Below, one piece after another: positions 37,646 to 46,465 of a stretch of DNA of 64,000 nt (position 1 is the stretch's first letter; each line of letters opens with the position of its first letter). The position numbers and the translations under genes were made by a program. This stretch comes from a virus. Lineage: Duplodnaviria; Caudoviricetes. Location: positions 1 through 64,000 of IMG/VR virus record IMGVR_UViG_2706795703_000001. One strand, 5' to 3'. The notes beneath the pieces are model-generated. The model was not told the DNA's origin. It saw only the letters and a list, made by a program, of their open reading frames with translations, and searched no databases.

Positions 37646-37962
37646 CGTTGATGGCCGCGCACAATTGGCGGGCGTTGCGCACCCGCGCGTGGGAGAAGGG
37701 CCACGACAACCTGATGGGTGCCCCGACCATGCACGTGGTGCTCGACGCCATGGAGCAGTTGGGGCTGGAGTCGGCAATGTCGGGCGTCAAGTCCAACGCT
37801 GAAGCCCAGTCGGCCATGGCGTCGTTCTATGCCAAGCTGTACCGCCCCGACCCCACGGCATACAAGGTCAACGGCGAGGGCTATATGCCGCCACCGCCCG
37901 GGTTCAGCGACGAGGAAATGGAAGCGTCGTTTGACGCCTTCCTGTCCAGCGGGGCACGGTAA
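37621..37962 (+). CDS. Probable -1 frameshift extension (T part) of the 37283 chaperone
   Basis: -1 frame is open from before 37561; reads PYTAVIYLALMAAHNWRALR...; no RBS before TTG 37648. Confidence 0.5.
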   Translation, partial: PYTAVIYLALMAAHNWRALRTRAWEKGHDNLMGAPTMHVVLDAMEQLGLESAMSGVKSNAEAQSAMASFYAKLYRPDPTAYKVNGEGYMPPPPGFSDEEMEASFDAFLSSGAR

Positions 37963-38009
37963 CCACCGCTAAACACCGCTGGGGACGGCTGGGCAGCTAT
38001 CCTGCACCC

Positions 38010-38429
38010 ATGGCTATAACGACGGTGCTGATGGATACCAGCGCTCCGTCGGGCTCAAAGCTGGACCCCGCTTTCGCTGCCGAGGTCGCGGCGGTAGCCC
38101 CAGGCAACATCGAGCCGGGCGAAGTCGACACCATCCACCTGGCTGACGAGTCGGTCACCAGACCCAAGATCGCCCCAGGGGCCGTAGACAGCCCCCAGAT
38201 TGCCACCGGCGGCGTGAAGGCGGTCAACGTGGCCGCCGGTGCCGTCGGCACGCCCGCGCTGGCTGACGGGGCCGTGACAGCCGCCAAGGCCGGGGTGGGC
38301 GTGGTCACCGCCTACGACAGCGCAGGCAACCCTGTCACGCGCAAGGAGGTGGAGGTGACCACGGCGCAGTACAACGCGCTGGTCACCGCTGGGACGGTCG
38401 ACCCGAACACCCGGTACTTCGTCAGCTGA
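38010..38429 (+). CDS. Tail-region protein with AVT/GAV-type short repeats
   Basis: TATCCT 6 nt before ATG; ends TAQYNAL...DPNTRYFVS. Confidence 0.7.
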   Translation: MAITTVLMDTSAPSGSKLDPAFAAEVAAVAPGNIEPGEVDTIHLADESVTRPKIAPGAVDSPQIATGGVKAVNVAAGAVGTPALADGAVTAAKAGVGVVTAYDSAGNPVTRKEVEVTTAQYNALVTAGTVDPNTRYFVS

Positions 38430-39565
38430 TGCCGGTCTACCAGGGCGCGGCCAACCACCCGGCGTTCACGCGGTGCTACGTCGGCACCCAGCGCTACCGC
38501 AAAATCTACGACGGCACCACACTGGTGTGGTCCGACACCGCCATCCACGACGGGTTCGACTGGGACGGCTGGCTGCAAGGCTGGATTAACGAGCTGTGCA
38601 GCGCCGAGGACTTGGGCGAGCTGATCAGCGACGGCTACGGCATGATCGTGGACGGCCTGGGCAACGTCGTCGGTTCGACCGTGGCCTACATTCAGGACGG
38701 CGTGAACGAGACGGGCAAGCTGGTGGCCAACGCGGGCACCAGCCTGGTGGATGCATACTGCGGGGCCTGGGGCGGCAGCGCGCCGCCGGACGGGCTCATC
38801 GGCCTGGTGAACGGCATTCCGATCATCGGCGGCATCCTGGCCGACTGGCTGGCCGGGGACATCGACATCGAAAGCATCATCGGCAGCCTGCCGGTCATCG
38901 GCAATATCGCCAAGCAGATCGGCCTGTTGCCCGACAGCGCCGGGCACCTGCTGGACCCGCTGAACTACGTCATTGACGAGCTGGGCAACGTGGTCGGGAC
39001 ACTGACCTGCGGCAAGTACACCAACATCGGCGGCGGCATAGGCGAGGACATCTGCTACGTCATCGGCGTGGTCGAGCAGGCGGCGCGGCTGCTGGTCCCC
39101 GACGGCCTGATGTCGCTGGACCAGCGCATCAGCCGGGTGCGGCACCCCACCACGCTGACAGCTGATGACGGGTGGCTGGAAGTGCAGATCGCCAACAGCG
39201 GCAGCCCCGGCTTCAGCACCCAGGTCTTCCGGCGCTACGCCAACGACGGCAGCGGGGCGCGCGGCGTGGGCATGGACTTCACCGACAACGCGGCGTCGAT
39301 TGTGCGGCGCGTCGGCGGCGTCGACGCGCTGGTGGGCCCCAACATCTGCCGCTACACCGAGGGCGACGTGCTGACCATCGACCAGACGGGCAACCTGCAC
39401 ACCTTGCTGCTGAATGGCACCGACGTAGGGCAGTGGGACGATAGCGGCGCTACGGCGGCGTCAGGTGCCTCAAACCGCTCTGTGGGCATGGTCATGCAAG
39501 GGGCCAAGGAATTTCTTGGCTCCCGGCGCTTCAGCCCGGCGCTGAATTACCTTGACGCTGGCTAG
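38429..39565 (+). CDS. Minor tail-like protein
   Basis: TGATG overlap; N-terminus MPVYQG..YVG..IYDGTTLVW; C-terminal beta-sandwich-like region. Confidence 0.65.
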   Translation: MPVYQGAANHPAFTRCYVGTQRYRKIYDGTTLVWSDTAIHDGFDWDGWLQGWINELCSAEDLGELISDGYGMIVDGLGNVVGSTVAYIQDGVNETGKLVANAGTSLVDAYCGAWGGSAPPDGLIGLVNGIPIIGGILADWLAGDIDIESIIGSLPVIGNIAKQIGLLPDSAGHLLDPLNYVIDELGNVVGTLTCGKYTNIGGGIGEDICYVIGVVEQAARLLVPDGLMSLDQRISRVRHPTTLTADDGWLEVQIANSGSPGFSTQVFRRYANDGSGARGVGMDFTDNAASIVRRVGGVDALVGPNICRYTEGDVLTIDQTGNLHTLLLNGTDVGQWDDSGATAASGASNRSVGMVMQGAKEFLGSRRFSPALNYLDAG

Positions 39566-39745
39566 CTCGCGGCTGTCGCGGTAGCGCAGCCAGGACCATA
39601 TACCGATCAATCCGGCCCCGGCGGCGGCGGTCACACCGGGGTGCGGATTGACGGTGAAAAACGACACGGCGAGCAACAGCGTTCCAGTTCCACCCATGAG
39701 GGCGACAGTAACGGGTCGGCTGTCGCGGCGCGCGTGCCTGGTCAT
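39470..39745 (-). CDS. Small membrane protein
   Basis: ATG 39745 overlaps upstream TAA; two hydrophobic segments; 3' end overlaps the convergent + strand gene by 96 nt. Confidence 0.5.
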   Translation of the reverse strand: MTRHARRDSRPVTVALMGGTGTLLLAVSFFTVNPHPGVTAAAGAGLIGIWSWLRYRDSRELASVKVIQRRAEAPGAKKFLGPLHDHAHRAV

Positions 39746-39951
39746 TACCGGCCGCCCCACCAGCCACGGCCTGGGCGCTCGGCGTGCCAAGCGTCGATGG
39801 TCTCCTCTTTCCAGCCCTTGTGGCGGCCCACCATCACATCATGCGGTGGCAGGTCGATGCCGGACAAGCTGCGCACCGACTTCATGCCCAGGCGCTTGGC
39901 CACGTCCTGGCGGGACAGGTACACCGGCACCTTGCGTTCGGTGGTGGTCAT
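39745..39951 (-). CDS. HTH DNA-binding protein (AlpA/excisionase-like)
   Basis: YLSRQDVAKRLGM...GWKEETIDAW; GAGAGGA RBS. Confidence 0.75.
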   Translation of the reverse strand: MTTTERKVPVYLSRQDVAKRLGMKSVRSLSGIDLPPHDVMVGRHKGWKEETIDAWHAERPGRGWWGGR

Positions 39952-39953
39952 GG

Positions 39954-40379
39954 CTACGCCGTCCTCTCCCGTGGTGTGTTCCCCGACATCGTAAGGGTTA
40001 TCACCGGCGACTCGTCGTCATCAGCAACGATCACGGCGGCGCGTCCGGCCACCAGACGGTGCCACTCCTGCCCCGGGGCATTGCTGACAGCTACCACCAG
40101 CAGGCGGTTTGCCGTCTCCTCGGCTGCGGCGATGATCTTGGCCACGTCGTCATCGAAGGCGTCGGTGACGCCTTCTACCTTGGTCAGCAGCCCCGGCGGG
40201 CAGGCGTCCTGGCCGGACTCGATGCGCTGGTAGTCGCGGCGGGACTTGCCCAGCATGACGGCCATTTCGCGCTGGTTCAGGCCCACGTACATGCGGTGGG
40301 CGCGGATGATTTCGCCGAACCCGTGCTCGTAACCCTCGGGCCTGACCTCCCGGGCGGGCTGGTCTGCGGTGATGGTCAT
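39954..40379 (-). CDS. XRE-family HTH protein
   Basis: IRAHRMYVGLNQREMAVMLGKSRRDYQRIESG; CCACCACGAAAGGA RBS before ATG 40379. Confidence 0.78.
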   Translation of the reverse strand: MTITADQPAREVRPEGYEHGFGEIIRAHRMYVGLNQREMAVMLGKSRRDYQRIESGQDACPPGLLTKVEGVTDAFDDDVAKIIAAAEETANRLLVVAVSNAPGQEWHRLVAGRAAVIVADDDESPVITLTMSGNTPRERTA

Positions 40380-40447
40380 TGTGTTCTGTCCTTTCGTGGT
40401 GGTGGCCCCGGCACCGAGGGGCGGTGCCGGGGCCATGGGCTGGCGGG

Positions 40448-41068
40448 TTACCAGCCCATCTTGTCGGCGCAGACGGGGCCGATGCCCCGGGCGCGGCTGT
40501 CGTCGTTGGTCAGCTGCCGACCGCACACCCCGCACTCGCCAATCTCGTGGCCGTAGCGGGCGCTGGCGACCTCGGCACCGGCGGCGGCGATGCGGGACAG
40601 GATGGCCCGTCCCTGCTTCATGCTCAGCTTCTGCTCGTCGCCGCCGATGACCTGCTTGACGAAGACGTACCCGGCCCAGCGGCCGGTCTCGGGGCGGTCC
40701 ACCTTGTAAAACGCGGTGCCGTTGACCGCGTGGACCTGGGTGTCGATGGCGTATCGACCGGCGGGCACGGCCACCTTGGTGTCGGCGGCAGGGGCCTTGG
40801 CGCGGCCGGTGTAGCCCTCAGCCTTCAGGCGGTCGATGTTGGCCGACACGGTGCGCTGGCTGCCGTTGTTCTCCAGGTACATGTCGATGCTGACCTGGGC
40901 GGCCAGCATGTCCGCGCCGGACGCCTGGGCCTTCTCGGTCATCAGCGCGCGCAGGTAGTCGACGCTGGCCGGGCTGGCGGGCTTGATGTAGGCGGCCGGG
41001 TCACCGGCGGTCTGGACGGCCCCGTGCGCGTCGGCCTGGGCGCTGATGGTGTCAAACGGTGTTCCCAT
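40448..41068 (-). CDS. Hypothetical protein with C-terminal Zn-finger (DUF6011-like)
   Basis: CGVCGRQLTNDDSRARGIGPVC; TAGGAG RBS; first gene after promoter copy 3. Confidence 0.72.
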   Translation of the reverse strand: MGTPFDTISAQADAHGAVQTAGDPAAYIKPASPASVDYLRALMTEKAQASGADMLAAQVSIDMYLENNGSQRTVSANIDRLKAEGYTGRAKAPAADTKVAVPAGRYAIDTQVHAVNGTAFYKVDRPETGRWAGYVFVKQVIGGDEQKLSMKQGRAILSRIAAAGAEVASARYGHEIGECGVCGRQLTNDDSRARGIGPVCADKMGW

Positions 41069-41118
41069 GGTGTGCTCCTAGTTGCGGCGGGTCAGTCCCG
41101 CGTGGCTGGTATGTGACC

Positions 41119-41148
41119 AGACTAGACCGACTTAGGCGGGTTAGTCAA
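41119..41148 (-). promoter_or_regulatory. Promoter/operator copy 3
   Basis: TTGACT-AACCCGCCTAAGTCGGTC-TAGTCT; the N7 core is inverted relative to copies 1 and 2. Confidence 0.75.
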
Positions 41149-41173
41149 CACCGGCATTGATACGATCAGCCCC

Positions 41174-42871
41174 GTGAGCTTCATCCGGTCAAAATTCGCG
41201 CCCCGGGCCCTGCTGACCGTCGACCAGTGGATAGCCATATTCGTGGCGGTGGCCGACGAGCTGGACATGCCGGACAAGCGCGGCGCGGTGATCTGCGCCG
41301 CTATGTGCGCCTTCCAGGAAGCCGGGGCCGACCTGGACGATGGCCGGGGCAGGCAGATATGGATCCCCGGCAACATGGCCGACCCGTGCTATGCCGCCGA
41401 CCCCGACGCCTACCCGCACGACAGCGAGGGCAACGACGGCCAGAGCACCGGCCCGTTCCAGCAGCAGATGAACCGGCCCGGCACTACGCCGTGGGGCTGG
41501 GGCGGCAACTACGGCGACTGCACCGGCACCCGCAAGCGCATGGACCCCTGGGACTCCACCCGCATGTTCTTCGGATGGCCGGGCAGCGGGCTGCGGGACA
41601 AGGGCTACGACGCCAGCAGCGCCCAGGCCGCCAACGACAGCATCCAGCGGGTCCAGGGCAGCGGTGTGCCGTGGGCCTACGGCCAGCACTGGGGCCTGGC
41701 CCAGGCGGCATACGCCCGTTACCTGGGCAACCCGATCCCGGCACCGCCCAGCCCTGGCGGCGGCGGTCCTGCACCGGCGCTGGCCCCAAACCCCGACTGG
41801 CGCGGAGACCCCCTCTATCTGCCCCAGCTACTGCGCGCGTTTGGGGTCAGCGTCACCACCTACACCGACGCCGACGGCATTCCGTGGGACCAGCGCGGCC
41901 ACGGCGACTTCGGCCGTATCAGCTGGGTGCTGTGGCACCACACCGGCAGCGTCAACGAGACCGACAACGGCATTGCCCACCACCCGGCGCTGGGCCTGGC
42001 CGCCAATATGCTGATCCACCCCGACGGTCACGTGGTGCTGACCGGGTCCGGCATTGCCTGGCACGGCGGGGCGGGCATATACCCCGGCATACCCGAAGAC
42101 AACATCAACGGCATCAGCATCGGCATCGAATGCAGCTACGGGCCCGACCGCAACGGCCAGTACACCCTGCCCTGGCCGACCGCGCAGATGAACGCCATGA
42201 TCGCGGTGGGCGGTGCCATCAGCTGGTTCTTGGGCGACACCCTGCCACCCAGCCACCAGATCGCTCACAAGGAATGGGCGGGTCGGGACAACCCGCTGGG
42301 CATCAATAAGCAAGGCAAGCCCGACCCCGGCAACCTCGACATGACCTGGTTTCGCGCGCAGATCGCCGCGCGTGCCACCGCTGGCCCTACCGACCAAGGA
42401 GACGACTGGATGAGCAACCCCGACGCGCTACAGATGTTGGCCGACATTCACCGCGAAACGGTGACGCAGAAATCGCCCAGCCGGGCGTTCGTGGCCGAGG
42501 ACGGCAAGCAGATCGACACCCCACTGGGCATCCTGTGGAACGTCGACGGCAACGCCTGGACCCTGGTGCTGACCGAGGGCTACTGGAATGACGTGCCGCT
42601 GGCCGTCGCGGTGGTCGAGGACATTGCGGCCAACGGGGTGCGGCAGACCAGCTGGGCGGGGTCGGCCGACAAAGACTCCGACGTCAAGTTCAACCAGTGG
42701 CTGCGCGACTTCGGCCAGGCGTACTGCCAGGGCCTGGTCCGGCGCAAGGCGCAGTGGAATGCCATGTCGGCGGCCATCATCGCGCTGTCGGCCGCGCAGG
42801 CGGCGACGCCCAAGGCAGCCCCGCGCAAACGGGCGGCGAAGAAGGCCACCGCGACCAAGGCCGACCAGTGA
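41174..42871 (+). CDS. lysA: Lysin A (N-terminal hydrolase-like domain, Zn amidase_2 domain, C-terminal binding domain)
   Basis: WHHTGS, SIGIEC, IAHKEW...KPDPG amidase motifs; STGPFQQQ in the N-domain; TACGAT 7 nt before GTG. Confidence 0.88.
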   Translation: MSFIRSKFAPRALLTVDQWIAIFVAVADELDMPDKRGAVICAAMCAFQEAGADLDDGRGRQIWIPGNMADPCYAADPDAYPHDSEGNDGQSTGPFQQQMNRPGTTPWGWGGNYGDCTGTRKRMDPWDSTRMFFGWPGSGLRDKGYDASSAQAANDSIQRVQGSGVPWAYGQHWGLAQAAYARYLGNPIPAPPSPGGGGPAPALAPNPDWRGDPLYLPQLLRAFGVSVTTYTDADGIPWDQRGHGDFGRISWVLWHHTGSVNETDNGIAHHPALGLAANMLIHPDGHVVLTGSGIAWHGGAGIYPGIPEDNINGISIGIECSYGPDRNGQYTLPWPTAQMNAMIAVGGAISWFLGDTLPPSHQIAHKEWAGRDNPLGINKQGKPDPGNLDMTWFRAQIAARATAGPTDQGDDWMSNPDALQMLADIHRETVTQKSPSRAFVAEDGKQIDTPLGILWNVDGNAWTLVLTEGYWNDVPLAVAVVEDIAANGVRQTSWAGSADKDSDVKFNQWLRDFGQAYCQGLVRRKAQWNAMSAAIIALSAAQAATPKAAPRKRAAKKATATKADQ

Positions 42872-44193
42872 CCGCCCCGTGGCACCAGCCCAACACCGTG
42901 GGCGACGTCGACGCGGCCATTGTCCTGGCCAAGCAGAAGCTGGCCCGCTACAGCTACGGCAAGCCTGCCAACGACGGCACGCCGATCTACACCGTCGCAT
43001 TCGGCACCGCGCTGGCTGAGTACCAACGTCGCCGCAACATCGAAATTGACCAGGGCAAGTACCCCGGGCCCAAGATGACCAAGCCCGGCGAGCTGGACTA
43101 CGCCACCAAAATTCAGCTGGAAATCGTGCCGCGCGCAGGCGGTGGGGCCAACCCACCGGCGGTGACCCGGCTGGGTGACGTGCATTACCTGGGCGCACCA
43201 GGCAGCGGGGCAGGCTGGTGGATCGGACCGTCGTTCGACGTGGGCGAGTGGCTGAAGGAAAACCTGGGCGTGCACCACTGGCCGCTGGGCTTCCCCATTG
43301 GCGGCTACCTGGGGCTGATGGGCGGGGATAGCGCCCAGTCCTACATCGACACCGTCGCGCTGTGCGGGGCCGAACTCGAACGGCGTATCCGTGAGGACGT
43401 GCTGCCGCTGTACGGGGTGCAGCTGGCCCCCGGCGAGACCATCAGCATGGAGGACACCGACGCGCTGCCTGCGGGCTTCAAGCTGCTGGTCAGCGGCTAC
43501 AGCCAGTCAGCTGAGGCGGTGGTGCGGGCGTGCGAGCGCCTGTTCGGCGACGGCGGCATTTACGCCGCGCTGCGGTCCTACCTCACGGGCGTGCTGGTCT
43601 TCGGCAGCCCCGTCCGGCAGGGCGGGCCGACGCGCTACGGTCGCAGCCCGCGCGGCAAGGGCATCAGCGGCTACGTCGCCCCTGCCTGGCTGGCGGCGCT
43701 GCTCATCGACGTGGTCACCGAGACCCCGACCGCGCCGGACTTCTACGCCTGCAACGTCAGCCCCATTGCCACCGCCGTCTACGACGTGGTGATCCATGCC
43801 GAGACCGAGCTGCCGTTCGTGGTCTACCTGGCCAAGCTGGCAATTCCGGCCATCCTGGGCCTGGTCAGCGGCGGCATCTTCGGCCCCGGCGGCGTCGGCG
43901 GGGTACTGACCAGCGCGGCCACGGTGCCGATCCTGGCAGGGCTGACCGGCATGACCGGCGGCCAGCTGCTGCCATTCGTCAACATGGCCCAGGGTGCCGA
44001 TGACGACGTGCTGGCACCCCTGCGGGCGGCGCTGACACCGACGGGGCTACTGACCAGCCTGCCCGAGCTGATTGGCCTGTTGCTGGCACTGCCCGGCATC
44101 CAGACCCACGGGGAATACCACCTGCCCAAGAGTGAATTCGGTGGGCGCACCGGCGTGCAGGTTGGAATCGACCAGCTCAGGGCACTGCTGTAA
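42868..44193 (+). CDS. lysB: Lysin B (cutinase-like alpha/beta hydrolase)
   Basis: GTGA overlap with lysA; LVSGYSQSA nucleophile elbow, VFGSPVR, late HGEY His. Confidence 0.82.
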   Translation: MTAPWHQPNTVGDVDAAIVLAKQKLARYSYGKPANDGTPIYTVAFGTALAEYQRRRNIEIDQGKYPGPKMTKPGELDYATKIQLEIVPRAGGGANPPAVTRLGDVHYLGAPGSGAGWWIGPSFDVGEWLKENLGVHHWPLGFPIGGYLGLMGGDSAQSYIDTVALCGAELERRIREDVLPLYGVQLAPGETISMEDTDALPAGFKLLVSGYSQSAEAVVRACERLFGDGGIYAALRSYLTGVLVFGSPVRQGGPTRYGRSPRGKGISGYVAPAWLAALLIDVVTETPTAPDFYACNVSPIATAVYDVVIHAETELPFVVYLAKLAIPAILGLVSGGIFGPGGVGGVLTSAATVPILAGLTGMTGGQLLPFVNMAQGADDDVLAPLRAALTPTGLLTSLPELIGLLLALPGIQTHGEYHLPKSEFGGRTGVQVGIDQLRALL

Positions 44194-44232
44194 TCTGCGC
44201 ATAGCGGCTCTCGTGGTTGTGGGTCCAGCGGG

Positions 44233-44269
44233 CAACGCCCCGACACCTGGGGAAGGTGTCGGGGCGTTG
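44233..44269. terminator. Bidirectional terminator between the left and right arms
   Basis: CAACGCCCCGACACCT-GGGGA-AGGTGTCGGGGCGTTG, a 16-bp stem, then TTTG. Confidence 0.85.
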
Positions 44270-44285
44270 TTTGTGCCGGGGACTG

Positions 44286-44903
44286 CTACAGCGACTTGCG
44301 CCATTCCTGGTAAATCGCCTTGTCCTCGTCGGACCCGGCGGCCAGGATGTAGGGCGCGGACTGACCGGGCTTCTTGTTGCCCTTCACGATCCGGCCCAGC
44401 AGCCACGCGGTGCCCTTGTCCAGGGCCTTCTTACCCTCGCGCACCAGCGGCTTGTTGTACACCATGATGTCCTCGATGCGTTCGCCCACCTTGTAGGTCT
44501 CAAACACCTCGATTTCGCCATCCTTGTTCAGGCAGGCCACGCCGTCGTCGGTGGCCACGGCCACCGTCATGTTCGGCGTACCCGCCTCCGGCAACGTCAG
44601 CGGGATGATGTCGAAGCGGACGAACTCCGACTCCTCGCCGGGCTTGCTGACCGTGGTGGCCATGCTGCCGTGTTCGGTGGCGTGCATGAGCACCAGCTGG
44701 CCCAGGAAGGCCATGGGCTTGTAGCCGCTGATGCCAGTGGGGTCACTGGCGGCGAAGGGGTCACCCTTGCCCAGGGTGGTCTCCTCGCCCACGTTGGTCA
44801 CGTCGTCAGCACCGGGCAGCGGTGCCTTCTCCTTGGCCGGTGCGGCAGCGGCGGGCTTGGCGGCGGTGGCGGTGCCGCCCTTCTTGTCAAACGGGCTTCC
44901 CAC
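44286..44903 (-). CDS. Hypothetical protein (possible ssDNA-binding/annealing partner of the exonuclease)
   Basis: AAGGAG RBS with CAACAC repeats; position after the exonuclease. Function is inferred from context only. Confidence 0.6.
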   Translation of the reverse strand: MGSPFDKKGGTATAAKPAAAAPAKEKAPLPGADDVTNVGEETTLGKGDPFAASDPTGISGYKPMAFLGQLVLMHATEHGSMATTVSKPGEESEFVRFDIIPLTLPEAGTPNMTVAVATDDGVACLNKDGEIEVFETYKVGERIEDIMVYNKPLVREGKKALDKGTAWLLGRIVKGNKKPGQSAPYILAAGSDEDKAIYQEWRKSL

Positions 44904-44939
44904 GGTATTGCTCCTTGTGTTGGTGTTGGTGTTGATGGG

Positions 44940-46277
44940 TTACAGCAGCTCAGCGACGGTGCCGCCAAACTCGTTCAGTTCGTCGTCCCAGACGTCCTGA
45001 TACGTCTCATAGACCGCCTGCCCCTCTTCGGCGGTCGTAATCTCCGACAGTGCCAGCCGCGCGGTGGCGTAGCGCACTGCCTCCTTGCTGGGCATGGGCA
45101 CCGCGTGCTGCGGTACCAGCTTCTCGGCCTCCTTGCGGCGGCGACGGGCGTCCAGGCTGGCCACCATGGTCTCAGCGCCCCAGGTCAGGTCGATGGTGAT
45201 GGCGGCGGCGCGGTCGGGCTGGTTGCTGGGCACGTGCAGCAGGATGGCGAAGTCGTCGCGGATGTCGGGCATGGGCTCCCATCCCTTGCCGTCGATGGTC
45301 AGCATCTTGGTGGCCCAGCCATAGACCCCGCCGACCTGCACGCCGAATGGCAGCCAGCTGTACTCCAGGGACTTGCTGGACTTGACGTCACCCAGCACCA
45401 GCTCGCCGGTGGTCACCAGCTTGAAAATGCGGTCGATCTTGCCCGCCACCGGCTCGTCGCCCCGGTCGTTCAGCACCGTGCGTTCGACGTACTCCGGCAG
45501 CGCCACGATGCCCCGGTGGGCCATGACCTTGCGGGCGTAGTGCACGTGGGGCTTGACGACGTCGGGCACCTGGTGCAGCAGCACCAGCCCGCAATCCAGG
45601 GCTTCCAGCCAGGCGTGGACACATTCGCCCAGTTCGCGGGCGTCGGCCCCGCCCATGCAATTGTCGATGGTCTCCAGCACCGCGTTGATGCGGGTCACCT
45701 TGGGCTGGTTGGTCGCTTCGTCCAGCAGGCCGATCAGGTCGGCGGCGGTGACGCCTTCGGGGCTGCCATCGTCGTAGACCTTGGTGGCCGGGTCCATACG
45801 CAGCAGCGCCACCACCCGCCCGACGGTCTCGCGCATGGCCCATTTGTGCAGGCCGCTGACGTCGTCCAGTGTCTTGGCAATGGTGGTGGCCCGGGGGTAG
45901 CCGGTGGGGCGGCCGGTGGTCGGGCTGGGCAGCTGGTACCAGCCCCACCCGTTGAACTTGGACTCGGCGCGCGGCGGGGCCGGGGGCAGCGGGTAATGCA
46001 TCCACTGGGTGACGCGCGCCACCGCCTGGAAGTCCTCGGTCAGCTCGGTGGGGCCAGAACGTGCCATGGTGGGCGTCTCCTCGGTGTTGGGGGTGGTTGT
46101 GTCGGCCGGGGCCGTTTCGTGCGCCTGCGGGGCAGCCAGGGGCTCAGGGGCCCCGTCTGCGCGGTAGTCGGGGTGGGCCTGGTTGATGTCGGCGGTCCAC
46201 CCGTCACCCTTGGTCTCGCGGTACCAGGTGGTGCCGTTGGTGTCGGTGCGGGCCGGATGCATCAGCGCAAACCTCAC
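44940..46277 (-). CDS. PD-(D/E)XK exonuclease (Cas4/RecE-like)
   Basis: VAGKIDRIF...VLGDVKSSK motif. Second in-frame start at ATG 46067 with GAGGAG. Confidence 0.78.
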   Translation of the reverse strand: MRFALMHPARTDTNGTTWYRETKGDGWTADINQAHPDYRADGAPEPLAAPQAHETAPADTTTPNTEETPTMARSGPTELTEDFQAVARVTQWMHYPLPPAPPRAESKFNGWGWYQLPSPTTGRPTGYPRATTIAKTLDDVSGLHKWAMRETVGRVVALLRMDPATKVYDDGSPEGVTAADLIGLLDEATNQPKVTRINAVLETIDNCMGGADARELGECVHAWLEALDCGLVLLHQVPDVVKPHVHYARKVMAHRGIVALPEYVERTVLNDRGDEPVAGKIDRIFKLVTTGELVLGDVKSSKSLEYSWLPFGVQVGGVYGWATKMLTIDGKGWEPMPDIRDDFAILLHVPSNQPDRAAAITIDLTWGAETMVASLDARRRRKEAEKLVPQHAVPMPSKEAVRYATARLALSEITTAEEGQAVYETYQDVWDDELNEFGGTVAELL

Positions 46278-46465
46278 GCCGACCTCCGCAGCCAGCCGCG
46301 CACCGTGGACGGGTCACGGCGCAGCTTGCGGGCAATCTGGCCGGGCGTCAGGCCCCGGGCGGCCATGTCGACCGCCTGGGCAATCAGCTCGGGGCTGGCC
46401 GGTGGCTGGCGCTTGGCCAGCTGGGGCGCAGCCAGGGCGGTGACCGCCCGACCCCGGCGCATCAC
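46274..46465 (-). CDS. Small HTH protein
   Basis: GLTPGQIARKLRRDPSTVRGWL; GTGA overlap with the helicase stop. Confidence 0.7.
   Translation of the reverse strand: MMRRGRAVTALAAPQLAKRQPPASPELIAQAVDMAARGLTPGQIARKLRRDPSTVRGWLRRSA

Noticed and set aside
44940-46277. Cas4-like exonuclease as evidence of a CRISPR system
   Set aside because: Standalone PD-(D/E)XK exonucleases are routine phage recombination genes; it sits beside helicase and SSB-like genes.
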